Positions 18,550 through 29,643 of a stretch of DNA of 64,000 bases are shown piece by piece; the stretch's first letter is position 1; the number at the start of each line of letters is the position of its first letter. The position numbers and the translations under genes are program-made. The notes under the pieces are model-generated. The model was given only the letters and a program-made list of their open reading frames with translations, made no database searches and had not been told where the DNA came from. This DNA is from an uncultured Candidatus Saccharibacteria bacterium (lineage in GTDB: Bacteria > Patescibacteriota > Minisyncoccia > Phycocordibacterales > UBA5272). The stretch is taken from positions 10,577 to 74,576 of the forward strand of contig CAYXKW010000003.1 in assembly GCA_964464695.1 (NCBI GenBank). The letters are read 5' to 3'.

Positions 18550-20523
18550 ATGGTACACTACACTCTTATGAATGAGCAACTAACCAGCCAAAAACCTGTT
18601 TCACTCAACAACGCACAGCAAGATGCCGTTTCTCACACCGAAGGACCTCTTCTTATTATTGCAGGAGCTGGTGCTGGTAAAACAAAAACACTCACTGAAC
18701 GTATTGTGCATATCATCAAAAAGGGCACCGATCCGAGAAATATTTTAGCGGTAACATTCACCAACAAAGCTGCCAAAGAAATGCGAGAAAGAGTTGTAGG
18801 GAGACTTGAAGAAGAACATATCATCGAAAAAGAAAACCCGTACCATCCAACTCCAGTCATTAAAACATTTCATTCTCTTGGTCTTATGATGCTATCCGAG
18901 CAAGCTCAAACTCTTGGACTGCTTCGCCATCCAACCATTTTAGATTCTGCGGATTCACTTTCTATCATTAAACGTGCAGTCGAACAACTCTCGCTTGATC
19001 CAAAAATTAATGACCCTTCAAAAATTCGCTCAATTATTAGTCGAGAGAAGAGTGATTTCGTTAGTCAGACTGACTACTTGAAAAAGGTTGCAACTGCTCA
19101 GATGGATATTGTTGCGTCAGTTTGGAGAATATATGAAGAGGAACTCAAGCGCCAAAAAGCAGTGGACTTCGATGATCTAATTGTAAAGACAGTGCATATG
19201 CTTGAGGACCACGTAGCAATCAGAGAGTTTTATCAGAAGCGTTTTACATATATGCATGTCGATGAGTACCAAGATACCAATGGTGCGCAGTATGCGTTCA
19301 TTAAGCTTCTTGTTAACCCTGAAAAAAATAATATCTGCGTTGTGGGAGATACTGATCAAAATATTTATTCATGGCGTGGAGCAAACATCCATAACATTCT
19401 TAATTTTGAAAAAGATTTTGCAGGTGCTCACGCAGTTCTTCTTGAAGAAAACTATCGCTCGACAGGCAATATCCTTAACCTTGCAAACAAAGCAATTAAA
19501 AAAAATACTGTGCGTACTGAAAAAAATCTTTTCACATCTCAAAGTGAAGGGGATAAGATAGAGGTTAGTCCATGTTGGGATGAGGGAGCTGAGGCTGAAC
19601 AAATAGCTCGTAAATGTAAAGCTCTCATCGAACAAGGAGAAGACCCTACTCAAATGGCTGTACTCTATAGAGCAAACTTCCAGTCACGAATACTAGAAGA
19701 AGGATTTATGAAAGAAAATATTATCTACAATCTTTTAGGTACAAAGTTTTTTGAACGTAAAGAAATAAAAGATGTTTTAAGCTATTTACGTGCTGCACTT
19801 AATAGAGCGTCCCAACCTGACCTACGACGTGTATTTGATAGCCCAAAGCGTGGTATTGGGAAGGTAACCATTGCTAAAATTTTTGCAGGAGAAGAACTTT
19901 CCGCAAAGGCTGCACAAAAAATTGGAGAGGTGTATGAATTTTTGGACAAGGTAATGCTAACACTTGAAACAGAACCACTCTCTCATGCTATCCAAATGAT
20001 TATTGTCGACGGTGGTATGGAAAAGGAGATGCTTGAAGGCTCATCTGAGGACAGGGAGCGTCTCGAGAATGCTCGTGAACTAGTATCTCTTACCGTACGC
20101 TACGACGACACTTCAGGGCTTGATGCCCTCACACAATTCCTTGAAGAAACATCTCTCCAATCAGATCAAGATAATGATACGAAAGAAAAGAAAGGGGTGA
20201 GACTGATGACCATCCACGCAAGTAAGGGACTTGAATTTAATCATGTCTTTGTTGTTGGTCTTGAGCAAGATTTATTCCCACATAAAAATATTGGTAACCG
20301 AAAACGAAGTAAAGAAGAGGAGGAAGAGGAAAGAAGACTTTTCTATGTTGCTGTCACACGAGCACGTAAAAATTTATACCTTAGTTATGCAGAACTCCGC
20401 ACTATCTTCGGTCAGAAACAAATTAATGCACCGAGTGAATTCCTACAAGATATAGATGACGAGATAGCACTTCATAATGATTTGTACTATAAAGAGCAAG
20501 GTGGTGGTGTGGTCTATATCTAA
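18550..20523 (+). CDS. uvrD: UvrD/PcrA/Rep-family ATP-dependent DNA helicase (short form, 657 aa)
   Basis: Walker A AGAGAGKTKTL. Motif II DEYQDTN. VGDTDQNIYSWRGA. Motifs V-VI TIHASKGLEF...RRLFYVAVTRAR. Confidence 0.85.
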   Translation: MVHYTLMNEQLTSQKPVSLNNAQQDAVSHTEGPLLIIAGAGAGKTKTLTERIVHIIKKGTDPRNILAVTFTNKAAKEMRERVVGRLEEEHIIEKENPYHPTPVIKTFHSLGLMMLSEQAQTLGLLRHPTILDSADSLSIIKRAVEQLSLDPKINDPSKIRSIISREKSDFVSQTDYLKKVATAQMDIVASVWRIYEEELKRQKAVDFDDLIVKTVHMLEDHVAIREFYQKRFTYMHVDEYQDTNGAQYAFIKLLVNPEKNNICVVGDTDQNIYSWRGANIHNILNFEKDFAGAHAVLLEENYRSTGNILNLANKAIKKNTVRTEKNLFTSQSEGDKIEVSPCWDEGAEAEQIARKCKALIEQGEDPTQMAVLYRANFQSRILEEGFMKENIIYNLLGTKFFERKEIKDVLSYLRAALNRASQPDLRRVFDSPKRGIGKVTIAKIFAGEELSAKAAQKIGEVYEFLDKVMLTLETEPLSHAIQMIIVDGGMEKEMLEGSSEDRERLENARELVSLTVRYDDTSGLDALTQFLEETSLQSDQDNDTKEKKGVRLMTIHASKGLEFNHVFVVGLEQDLFPHKNIGNRKRSKEEEEEERRLFYVAVTRARKNLYLSYAELRTIFGQKQINAPSEFLQDIDDEIALHNDLYYKEQGGGVVYI

Positions 20524-20587
20524 AATAAAAAAACGTAAAACCTTGTCTTGGAAGCTTCTGCTCCCAAATGGTTTTACGTTTTCGAAA

Positions 20588-20932
20588 CTACAAAATTGGT
20601 TTTTGTGTTATGCGTGTATGTGTCACAATTAAAGCACCAAAAAATGCCATCGCAACCACCACAGATACTACCCACCACACTTTTAAACCTTGCTCCAACT
20701 CTTGTAATGGAACCGTTCCAAAACAAAAAATTGCGATAATCGTAATCAGAACTGGCACAAGACAGCTTTGCACAACCATTGATTTTGCATCTTCTTGAAA
20801 GTTTCTTTCAAGATAACGTATCCGAAAGAAAAGAAACCATGAGCCAAAAATAGCGAGAACAACAAAGGACCACTGAAGCAACATGAATGCTTTATCATGA
20901 AGAGAAATGCTATTCATATCAAAGCCTCTCAC
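20588..20932 (-). CDS. hypothetical small membrane protein
   Basis: 114-aa ORF with 3 hydrophobic segments, on the opposite strand between uvrD and ksgA. Support is weak. Confidence 0.35.
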   Translation of the reverse strand: MRGFDMNSISLHDKAFMLLQWSFVVLAIFGSWFLFFRIRYLERNFQEDAKSMVVQSCLVPVLITIIAIFCFGTVPLQELEQGLKVWWVVSVVVAMAFFGALIVTHTRITQKPIL

Positions 20933-21032
20933 TGGTTAGATTACAAATGACTACACTCTTTCCAAAGACTACTCTTTTTAGTATATGTAGTCAATCGTAA
21001 ATTATGGTAGAGTAAGGAAACATTACATAGAT

Positions 21033-21830
21033 ATGCTTCCAAAAAAATCCCTTGGTCAAAATTTTCTTACTTCTATTCCTGCACGTATAGCTATTGTGAA
21101 AGCAGGGGAAATAGTGCCGTCTGACACTATTTTTGAAGTTGGTCCAGGGAGAGGATTCCTCACAAAAGGTTTACTCGAGACGAGAGCGTGTGTTGTTGCT
21201 CTTGAAAAAGATAGAGATCTTATCCCGGTACTCACAGAAACCTTTGCGGAAGAGATCGCAAATAAGCAGCTTATCCTAACTGAAGGGGATGTCCTTGATT
21301 TTGACCTTACTGACCAAAAGCTAATGGCTAATGGCTACAAACTGATTGCAAACATTCCATACTACATAACAGGCGCAATTCTCTCAAAGTATCTCTCTCA
21401 CACACACCAACCGAACATGATGGTGGTCTTAGTACAAAAGGAAGTGGCAGAACGAGTATGCGCACGTGATGGTAAAGAGTCTCTCCTTTCACTTTCGGTA
21501 AAAGTATACGGCGAACCAAAAGTGTACTATAGAGTATCTCGCGGGAGTTTCAACCCTGCGCCAAATGTTGACTCGGCAGTCCTTCAAATAAAAAACATCT
21601 CACGTGCTAACTTTACTAATCAATACCATGAAGCAATTTTCTTCAAACTTATTCACGCTGGATTTGCTCATAAAAGGAAATTTGCTATCTCAAATATTAA
21701 AGAAGTCTTTGCTGCATTTGATATTCCAGCTTTATTTGAAGAAGTTGGACTTTCTCCGAAGGTGCGAGCTGAGGATGTTACACTCTCCTCATGGCTGTTA
21801 CTATCCTCTCGTTTGTCTACACACTCATAA
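21033..21830 (+). CDS. rsmA: 16S rRNA (adenine1518/1519-N6)-dimethyltransferase
   Basis: KKSLGQNFL...VFEVGPGRGFLT is the KsgA SAM-binding motif. C-terminal KsgA domain. Confidence 0.85.
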   Translation: MLPKKSLGQNFLTSIPARIAIVKAGEIVPSDTIFEVGPGRGFLTKGLLETRACVVALEKDRDLIPVLTETFAEEIANKQLILTEGDVLDFDLTDQKLMANGYKLIANIPYYITGAILSKYLSHTHQPNMMVVLVQKEVAERVCARDGKESLLSLSVKVYGEPKVYYRVSRGSFNPAPNVDSAVLQIKNISRANFTNQYHEAIFFKLIHAGFAHKRKFAISNIKEVFAAFDIPALFEEVGLSPKVRAEDVTLSSWLLLSSRLSTHS

Positions 21831-23203
21831 CTGTAGGGCTTCTTTATTTTTTTCTTAATAAATCTCTTACCCGGGACTTTCCATTACGAAAAAACATACC
21901 TTGGTGGATACTCTTTGGTTTTGTTTTTAATTTTTGTAGTTTCACATGGCTCTATACCGTCTATCCACTTATTTGGATACCAACGGGAGTACTACAGATT
22001 ATTGGTATCGCAATCATTCATCTTACGGTATCTATTCTCGTAGGGCTTTGTTTTTGTATTGTAGGGTACATACTGACAAACTCTTCTTCCAAGAAGATTA
22101 CATCCATATATAGACCATTTCTATTTGCAGCCAGCCTTACACTAGCAGAAGTATTCCGGTCACTTATGTTGTCACTTATTTTTTATGGCAATGATGGGTC
22201 GATTAACTTGCACTTCACCTCAGGAACTCTTGGAAATGCACTTTCATCTACACCACTTATCGAGTTTGCATATTTTGGTGGGACGTTTGCACTCACCTTT
22301 CTACTTGGATACCTTGTCTATTCCTTCAGTTCTTACTCTCATATGAAGACCTACTGGAAACACGTTGCTATCATAGTAGCAATACTTGTTGGTATTCATG
22401 TATTTGTTCCAATATATGGTCCAACACAAAAAACAGTAGTTGGTATTGTTACTACTCATTTTAAAACACAATCAGATAATTATCTTGTAAGTTCTTTTAA
22501 AGAACAAAATATAAAAGTAGATGCAATGACACAATCTTTTTTCATATCTTCACGTGATATACCTGATATCATTGTCTATCCAGAAGACACGCGTTATATA
22601 GACCACCTCTCAAATGAAAAGGTATCACTACTTTCAACAACATTTCCAAAAACACTTTTTGTTGATGGTTCTACACGAATCATTGATGGTAAACGTGTCA
22701 ACATTTCATTTTTTTATAATTCTGAAACCAGAAAGACGTTAGGGCGTGGTAAAAGTTTTCTACTACCCTTTAATGAGTACATTCCATTATTCTTTAAACC
22801 TATATTTGGATTTTTTATTCCTAAAGAAGAGATGGGGGAGTACTCAGCTAATCACACGTATACACCAGTCTACTCAGGTAAAACAATCTTTTTTAATGGT
22901 ATGCACATTGGCACACTACTTTGTTCAGAAATTCTCTCGTTTAAAACAATAGCGGATGTAAAAAAAGAGAAACCCTCTCTTGTGTTCTTTCAATCACATT
23001 TAAATGTATTCCATGATAACTCACTGTTTAGAATGCACCTCTACTCTTTTACAAAAATAGCAGCTGCACAGTTGCGGCGTCCACTTATAAGTAGCACAAA
23101 TGGTGCACCTTCACTTATTGTTTCTCCGTATGGAGTAATCATTGAAATCATTCCTACTGGGTTTAGTACATCGACACATGTATTTTCATCTCCTTCTCAA
23201 TAA
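21791..23203 (+). CDS. lnt: apolipoprotein N-acyltransferase-like membrane protein (CN-hydrolase fold)
   Basis: Six or more N-terminal TM helices. Candidate Lnt catalytic triad context: IVYPED (E), KSFLLPFNEYIPLFF (K, close to Lnt K..LVPFGEY.P) and GTLLCSEIL (C). The start overlaps the ksgA end and is uncertain. Confidence 0.5.
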   Translation: MAVTILSFVYTLITVGLLYFFLNKSLTRDFPLRKNIPWWILFGFVFNFCSFTWLYTVYPLIWIPTGVLQIIGIAIIHLTVSILVGLCFCIVGYILTNSSSKKITSIYRPFLFAASLTLAEVFRSLMLSLIFYGNDGSINLHFTSGTLGNALSSTPLIEFAYFGGTFALTFLLGYLVYSFSSYSHMKTYWKHVAIIVAILVGIHVFVPIYGPTQKTVVGIVTTHFKTQSDNYLVSSFKEQNIKVDAMTQSFFISSRDIPDIIVYPEDTRYIDHLSNEKVSLLSTTFPKTLFVDGSTRIIDGKRVNISFFYNSETRKTLGRGKSFLLPFNEYIPLFFKPIFGFFIPKEEMGEYSANHTYTPVYSGKTIFFNGMHIGTLLCSEILSFKTIADVKKEKPSLVFFQSHLNVFHDNSLFRMHLYSFTKIAAAQLRRPLISSTNGAPSLIVSPYGVIIEIIPTGFSTSTHVFSSPSQ

Positions 23204-23326
23204 CTTTACATAAGAAGGAAATGTTTACTCAAAAATACTTCTTCATTAGAGAAATGAGCGCGTCACTAAGTTATCCTCCATTAAGTTATTGCCAGTAATT
23301 TCTATGCGCTATACTCTATATATACT

Positions 23327-24253
23327 ATGAACGAACAACAAAACATGACAACAAAGAAAGCACTCATTGTTGTTGGACTTTTTATTTTTTTACTTATGAT
23401 TACGCTTGTTGCTCCTGCAACCTGGGTCGGGGTTAAGCCAAAAAAACAAACTGGTCTTATTCTTAGAAATGCTAATGATTTCGCTGTTCTTTCAAAAGAT
23501 ACAGACAGAAATAATAACCCAGACTGGAAAGACCTTCTCATGCAGACAACAAGTGCGTCCACGACCGCTGTTGCAAATAAATATATTGTTACAGAAGCCG
23601 ACAAACAAAGACTTGATGACCCTAACAACATAACATCTTCTTTTTCTAAGAATCTCTACACAGTCTCTTCCTATGCAAAAAAGGCAGGGGACATGTCTAC
23701 ATCTGAACAAGAATCTATTGTAACAAGTCTAGTGACAAAGGAAGTACAAAAAATAGAGACTTCAGTGTATACATTTGATGACATTAAAGTATCAAGCACT
23801 GAAACCCCTACAAGTATTAGAGCGTACGGTAATCAACTTGGTACTATTTTTAAAAAGGCAACGAGTTTTAAGTTAGAGATTGTTGATGTAGACAAAATTC
23901 AAGCGTACAGTACAAATAAAGATCCTAATACTCTAGCTTCACTTGTTATTAAAAAAAATAATGCGAAGCTCATCTTAGAAGAACTTCTTAAAGTATCTGC
24001 TCCTAGATCAGCTTCGCCCTACCATCTCCTTATAGTTAACAGACTATCTGGGTATATAACTGTATTAGAAAATATGACTCAAGCTGAAAATGACCCTATG
24101 CGTGCAACGATTGCTTTTAATAACTATCTTCCAGCAATGAGATTACTCTTTTCATCACTATCAAATATGCAGCTGTATTTTAAGTTGTCTGATACCACAT
24201 TTTCTCAAAATGAACCTGGATATGTCTTAAATTCAGAGTATACTATCAAATAA
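23327..24253 (+). CDS. hypothetical bitopic membrane protein, first gene of the T4SS-like block
   Basis: N-terminal TM (ALIVVGLFIFLLMITLVAPA), then an about 280-aa extracytoplasmic domain. Confidence 0.45.
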   Translation: MNEQQNMTTKKALIVVGLFIFLLMITLVAPATWVGVKPKKQTGLILRNANDFAVLSKDTDRNNNPDWKDLLMQTTSASTTAVANKYIVTEADKQRLDDPNNITSSFSKNLYTVSSYAKKAGDMSTSEQESIVTSLVTKEVQKIETSVYTFDDIKVSSTETPTSIRAYGNQLGTIFKKATSFKLEIVDVDKIQAYSTNKDPNTLASLVIKKNNAKLILEELLKVSAPRSASPYHLLIVNRLSGYITVLENMTQAENDPMRATIAFNNYLPAMRLLFSSLSNMQLYFKLSDTTFSQNEPGYVLNSEYTIK

Positions 24254-24255
24254 CT

Positions 24256-25893
24256 ATGAAATATTTTTTCTTTCTTTTTTTCTTTCTTCTTAGCACAATT
24301 ACTCCAACGCAAGTTCATGCAGGCGCTGCAGGTGGAGGGTCTACTGAAGTTACACAGATTCTTAATAATGTTCAACTAATTCCTATAAACTACTCTGATG
24401 CAATTACAGCCTTTGCAACCAAAGGAACGTTTGTTAAAGAAGTTATTCTTAATCCAATAGCAAATGCTCTTATTTCCTCAGCTCTTGAAGGAGTTAGTAA
24501 TGATATTCTTTCATGGGTAAGTGGCGGTTTTGGGGGATCAGCACCACTTGTGATTGGTGACCCCGAGAGTTACATTAGAAACGCTGGTCTCGAAGCTGTT
24601 CGCGATAGTCTTTCTGGAATTCCAACTGATAGTGTTTTTGGGGACAGTATTTTTAATTCAATTCTTAACCAGTACAAAAACACAGACGACGTAACTGCTA
24701 CACTAAAAAATCTAAGCAAGTCTGATATTCCCTCTATTCTTCAGAATAATTTATGTACCGATGAGAAGTTGACGTCACTTTCTGTTGATGCGATAGCGGA
24801 CCAAAATGGTAACTATAACCAAGCAGATCTTACTGCCAAAAAAACAGAGCTGTGGAATTATGCATGTGCCGGAGATCCAGAGTCTAATCCACAAGTTGCA
24901 GCAAGGTTACAGGATCTTAATGATCAGAATCCATCAATTGGTGGCTGGGATACATATCTTGCTACAACAGGAGGAGACAATGCTTACACAAAAGGTGCAT
25001 TAGCAAAAAACGTCGTGAAAGAAGCCGACGAAATAAAAAAATCACTTGCTTCAAAAGAATTGTTTGATGGCGCAGGACCAGTGAGCGAGAAAGAATGTCT
25101 AAAGTTTGATGGAAATGTTAGTGAAGGTCAGATTGCAAAATGTTTACAATGGTTAACTACAACTCCAGGGGAACAAGTAGGGGATACTCTTACTGAGGCT
25201 CTCACCGCAGGAACTAAAAGACTAGAAAACATCATGGGGGACGGTTCATTAACTAACATGCTACAAGGTTTTGCTGTTTCTGCTATTACATCAGGCATAA
25301 AAAAGGCACTTAATTCATCTAGTGGTGGCTCACTCAATATTCCCATAGCCCTCCCTTCTAGTCGCCCAATAGTTCAAGACCTACTAAATGACCCACTTAA
25401 GAAAACTCAAAACTTACAGCCAATGGACAAGCAACTGGCATATTTCTCAACCTCACTAAACAACCTTGCGTCAATTGATAGTAGTTACATGACAGACCTT
25501 TTGTCTTATGAAGCGAAAATTGCCACCTTAAGTACTTGCGCCCTCGCATCCTCATACTACAGTAACAGAATGAGTAGAATCACTACTGCAAAAAGCTCAA
25601 TTATAGCAGAACAAGCAAAAATTGCTGAAGCAAAACTTCTTGTAACCGAAACCCAAACTAAGCTAAATGCTTCTGATTCATCCCAGGAACAAAGTACGAT
25701 TTTTAACGCCTATTTAACTGCTGTAGATGACAGAGGCCTTCCAACTTACCAAACAGAAGCAACTCGAGAAGCTGAGTACACCATCAACAAATTCAATGTT
25801 AGCCATGATACAGAATTGGGAACTTACCAGACACAGTGTGCTCAACAGCAGCAACAGCAGCAACCCAATCAAATATACGAAGGTAGCGGATAG
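24256..25893 (+). CDS. secreted hypothetical protein (545 aa)
   Basis: Signal peptide MKYFFFLFFFLLSTITPTQVHA. Q-rich C-terminus (QQQQQQQPNQ). Confidence 0.5.
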   Translation: MKYFFFLFFFLLSTITPTQVHAGAAGGGSTEVTQILNNVQLIPINYSDAITAFATKGTFVKEVILNPIANALISSALEGVSNDILSWVSGGFGGSAPLVIGDPESYIRNAGLEAVRDSLSGIPTDSVFGDSIFNSILNQYKNTDDVTATLKNLSKSDIPSILQNNLCTDEKLTSLSVDAIADQNGNYNQADLTAKKTELWNYACAGDPESNPQVAARLQDLNDQNPSIGGWDTYLATTGGDNAYTKGALAKNVVKEADEIKKSLASKELFDGAGPVSEKECLKFDGNVSEGQIAKCLQWLTTTPGEQVGDTLTEALTAGTKRLENIMGDGSLTNMLQGFAVSAITSGIKKALNSSSGGSLNIPIALPSSRPIVQDLLNDPLKKTQNLQPMDKQLAYFSTSLNNLASIDSSYMTDLLSYEAKIATLSTCALASSYYSNRMSRITTAKSSIIAEQAKIAEAKLLVTETQTKLNASDSSQEQSTIFNAYLTAVDDRGLPTYQTEATREAEYTINKFNVSHDTELGTYQTQCAQQQQQQQPNQIYEGSG

Positions 25894-25917
25894 TAACTTA
25901 CTTCTTTAGAAAATACT

Positions 25918-25947
25918 AAAAGTCACAAACAATTGTTTGTGACTTTT
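25918..25947. terminator. perfect 30-bp palindrome / terminator hairpin
   Basis: aaaagtcacaaacaattgtttgtgactttt. Confidence 0.5.
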
Positions 25948-26007
25948 AGTATTTTCTAATAACAACCAAACCCTTTCCTAACCTAACTATATGATACACT
26001 ACACATC

Positions 26008-28896
26008 ATGAAAAGACTTGTTGTACTGGTCTCTGTTATGGTATTTGCTGTAAGTATTTTCGGCTCTTTCCCTGTATTAAAAGTACACGCTCAAGCTGCA
26101 GCAGCAGAAGCAACTGTTACAAAACAAGACTTGTTAAATAGTGGTAATGCTGTGTTTAATACTTTTCTTGCGGAACTAGCACAAAGACAAGCTAATCCTC
26201 GACAAATCCCATCATTAACAACTGCTACAGACCAAGTAGTTGCCAACTATGTCTTAGGGGTATCAAAGTTAATTCCAGCGATCGTGGCTGCTCAAGGTAC
26301 TTTTGTTCAATTACTTAACACTCCTGCGGCTGCCTCTACAAATATCTTTGCTGATTACACTGCTGCACTAAACGCAGCACACTCGAGCATTAATCTAGCT
26401 CAATCAAATACTTTTGAAATAAGAACTGTTTCTCAAGTTCGTACAGAAGTAACCACAATTTCTACTAGAATTAGACTTGAATCTCAAAATCAACAGAGTG
26501 CTTTAATTAATAGCGGCCAGGGGAACGCTGCACTTGCTATACAAAGTGCAGTTGGAACACAAAGAACCCAGCAAGTTGTAAATGAACTAGAGAGTACCTG
26601 TAGCTTACTGAACATAATCTCATGCCTTGACCAGGCAACAAACTGGATTATAAAAAATATTCTTCTGGAGATTGCTGGATTTTTAGTTTGGGTGACTGCA
26701 AACATCTTTAATTATTCCGTCCAAATAGGAATTCTTAATTTTTCTAAGTGGGCACCTGATGCACTCTACCCGATATGGATCATCATTCGACAAATTATTT
26801 CTCTTCTTATCGTATTCATTGGTCTCTATCTTGGGTTCATGTACATTTTGGGTAAAGATGAGAAGTTTGCAAAGTACGTTCCATGGGTTATCGCATTTGC
26901 ACTATTTGTTAATTTCTCCTACCCACTTGTGAGGACTGCAATTGATCTTTCAAATATTGTCTCGTTAAAAGTGTATGTGAGCGCCATTGGTCCAGGAGCA
27001 TTGGATGCGAGCTTTTCATCAGAAAAAACAGCAGGGGCAATCATACGTGACAAGCTTGGTCTGCAAAGCTTGGCAGCTAACACAACAGCAACAGGAGCAA
27101 ATTCAAACAGTATCAGAACTGGACTAACTAGTACTCCAGCGTCGCTTATGGCACTATTTTTCACACTCTATGCTGCATACATTTTCTTTATGGTTTCCAT
27201 AATTATGGTCACTAGAACAGCTGCTCTTGTATTCTTAATTGTCGCTTCACCTCTACTGTTTGTAGACAGCGTTTTACCGATGCTTGGTGATAAAGCAATG
27301 ATGTTACGTAAAATATTTTTTGAGCAACTTGCAGTTGGTCCGATATTTATGATAATGCTTGCACTCACACTTAAATTTTTAGATGTCTTTCAAGTATCTG
27401 GCGCTTTTACCGGATTAAGTTCTGGAGACCAAACCATAAAAACATTCTTTAACCTTCTCATGATGCTTGTCATGTTACACATCATGATGACAGTAACTAA
27501 GAAAACAGCAGGTGCTGTTGGTGAGTTCGGAACCAAAGCAATGGGAACTGTTGGGGGATTTGCTCTAGGTGCTGCAGCTGGTGGCACAGGGCTACTTGCA
27601 CGAAAGGGTATTGGAGGGTTGGCTGCAAAAGCACGAGATAGCAAATGGGTAACCAACAATCAAGACTCATTCATTGGACGTCGTGCATATAATCTTTCCA
27701 ACTCTGTAGCAAATAGTACGTTTGATCTTCGTAACACTGCAGTTGCAGGCAAAATGGCAGGCATCGGCATGGGGATGGGGATGGGAGCAAAGCTTGGGTA
27801 CAGTGAAGAAACTAAAGCAAAAATGGAAGCACGAACAAAGGAAGCTCTTGCAAAAAGTGCAAGAATAAAAACTCATTATGAGAGAGACATGGTTAAAGAT
27901 AAGATTGGAGAGGACGGGAAAGTTGTCTATGAAGAAGTTGATGACGGTAAAGGAGGAAAAGTAAAAAGAAAAGTCCAAGAAGTAGTTCACAGAAAAGGGG
28001 ACGTGGATGCAGATGCTTGGAAGGCAAAAGACAGACTCATTACTGCGGCAGGGGGAGGTACTTTGTTTATGACCAAGAAACAAAAACAAGATCTGCGAGA
28101 CACACTTGGGAAAACACAAAATGAGGAAGCTTCAAAAAGAATTGCAGAAAATGAAGCAAACAGTACGAAAGATGCTCAAATATATAAGAGTATTAATGAA
28201 GAAGAAAGACTTCCTGATGGTAAAATCCTAACCATAAAGCAATCTAAGGCAAGATTCCTTGCAGGGCTTGAAAATGAACTTAAAACACTAGAAAAAACAG
28301 ACCCTACACTTCAAGGCAATCAAGCTCAGTCACTTATGAAAAGTATTCAGTCTATCAAAAAAACTGAAGCTGCTGAAAATGCTGCTTTTGACAAGCAAGT
28401 TAAAGATGTCTTCTTTAGTTATAACAATAAAATTGGAGCTGAGAGAGAGAACTATCTATCTAATCAATCAAAGGAAATTTTTGACGCAGTACACGCACTG
28501 AAAGATGAGGCGTTGGCAATAGATAAAGCAAGAGATGAGGCTCTGGATCTTGATTTAACCGGTACACCTGAGGAACGAAGAGTCTCTGGCATAGCTGCTG
28601 CTGCTAATCTTCGTGGACAAGTAGAATCAATACTTGCTGAGAAGGATCAAAATGGGGCAGTTCCAATTTATTCTTCTGCAGTCGATATTCCATTTGACGT
28701 GTCCACTCAGAGTTTTGCAGAAAAAGTAGCAGCTACACGTAAAGCAAAATTAAAACTAGCAACACAAGCAGCGGACGCCTATGTTCCTCCTCAGGTAACC
28801 CAACCTGATCCAGCAACTCCAATTCCTTCTGCTACCGCTCAGGCACCTTCAACCCCAGCCGCAAATGACTCCAAAAGTAACACAGCAACCGCATAA
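26008..28896 (+). CDS. TrbL/VirB6-like polytopic membrane protein with secreted N-domain and long Ala/Lys/Glu-rich C-terminal extension (962 aa)
   Basis: Signal peptide. About 7 TM helices between aa about 210-520 (IAGFLVWVTANIF..., IISLLIVFIGLYLGFMYIL..., VPWVIAFALFVNF..., SLMALFFTLYAAYIFFMVSIIMV..., FLIVASPLLF..., VGPIFMIMLALTL..., LLMMLVMLHIMMTV). Gly-rich GMGMGMGMG. C-terminal coiled-coil and P/A/T-rich tail. The topology and gene context resemble VirB6/TrbL. The assignment rests on pattern only. Confidence 0.45.
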   Translation: MKRLVVLVSVMVFAVSIFGSFPVLKVHAQAAAAEATVTKQDLLNSGNAVFNTFLAELAQRQANPRQIPSLTTATDQVVANYVLGVSKLIPAIVAAQGTFVQLLNTPAAASTNIFADYTAALNAAHSSINLAQSNTFEIRTVSQVRTEVTTISTRIRLESQNQQSALINSGQGNAALAIQSAVGTQRTQQVVNELESTCSLLNIISCLDQATNWIIKNILLEIAGFLVWVTANIFNYSVQIGILNFSKWAPDALYPIWIIIRQIISLLIVFIGLYLGFMYILGKDEKFAKYVPWVIAFALFVNFSYPLVRTAIDLSNIVSLKVYVSAIGPGALDASFSSEKTAGAIIRDKLGLQSLAANTTATGANSNSIRTGLTSTPASLMALFFTLYAAYIFFMVSIIMVTRTAALVFLIVASPLLFVDSVLPMLGDKAMMLRKIFFEQLAVGPIFMIMLALTLKFLDVFQVSGAFTGLSSGDQTIKTFFNLLMMLVMLHIMMTVTKKTAGAVGEFGTKAMGTVGGFALGAAAGGTGLLARKGIGGLAAKARDSKWVTNNQDSFIGRRAYNLSNSVANSTFDLRNTAVAGKMAGIGMGMGMGAKLGYSEETKAKMEARTKEALAKSARIKTHYERDMVKDKIGEDGKVVYEEVDDGKGGKVKRKVQEVVHRKGDVDADAWKAKDRLITAAGGGTLFMTKKQKQDLRDTLGKTQNEEASKRIAENEANSTKDAQIYKSINEEERLPDGKILTIKQSKARFLAGLENELKTLEKTDPTLQGNQAQSLMKSIQSIKKTEAAENAAFDKQVKDVFFSYNNKIGAERENYLSNQSKEIFDAVHALKDEALAIDKARDEALDLDLTGTPEERRVSGIAAAANLRGQVESILAEKDQNGAVPIYSSAVDIPFDVSTQSFAEKVAATRKAKLKLATQAADAYVPPQVTQPDPATPIPSATAQAPSTPAANDSKSNTATA

Positions 28897-28899
28897 CAT

Positions 28900-29643
28900 A
28901 TGAGTACACCATCTTACATCGCAACAAACCCAGATGAGCTCTTCGAAAAAGCTTCTGTAGAAATACAAGACTTAATTGCTGGTGGAGAAATTGATACTGA
29001 GATTAAATCTCTTAGTACTAAATATAAAATCCCTGAAGAATTCCAAACGCCTCTCTCTAACATTATTTCCTTTATTTTAATTGGGGCGATTGATACAGAT
29101 GATGTTGTTCAAGCACTTCAAGATCTTGTAAACATTAGTCTTGATGATGCAATTCGCATCGCAACTGACCTAGAACATGGCGTCCTCGAGAAGGCTCATA
29201 TATCTCTTCTTAAAAAATCTGACGACACTATTGCCACACTTGAATTCCAAGGAGAGAAATCTAAGACTGAGCTCAGGAAAGATATATTAGATACAACCAA
29301 AAGGGAATCTGCACTTGCTAAAAATCCGGTTCCAGTTGCAACAGCTCCAAAAAAACCAGCCACTATCTTAAAGCCTGGCTCTCGTTCACAACTTCTTGAA
29401 CAACTCCAGGTTCTAGGTACAATACCAAATGAAGAAGAGATAGCGACAAGAATTTCTCATATTCAAGAACAAATTACATCACTAAAAAAAGAGGAAGAGG
29501 ACAGTAGCCTTACCTCTAACATAGCACTTAAGAGTTTCATGTTTGGGGAAAAAGGAAAGGACATTGCGGATCAAACCATAAAAACAACCTACAGTGTTCC
29601 TCCAACACGATACACCGTTGATCCATACAGGGAAGTAGATTAA
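28900..29643 (+). CDS. hypothetical soluble acidic protein within T4SS-like block
   Basis: 247-aa ORF, no TM segment. The start ATG is 4 nt after the upstream stop. Confidence 0.45.
   Translation: MSTPSYIATNPDELFEKASVEIQDLIAGGEIDTEIKSLSTKYKIPEEFQTPLSNIISFILIGAIDTDDVVQALQDLVNISLDDAIRIATDLEHGVLEKAHISLLKKSDDTIATLEFQGEKSKTELRKDILDTTKRESALAKNPVPVATAPKKPATILKPGSRSQLLEQLQVLGTIPNEEEIATRISHIQEQITSLKKEEEDSSLTSNIALKSFMFGEKGKDIADQTIKTTYSVPPTRYTVDPYREVD

Noticed and set aside
20524-20590. Possible terminator hairpin after uvrD (acgtaaaacc...ggttttacgt)
   Set aside because: 10-bp stem but a 27-nt loop. Too loose to call by eye.
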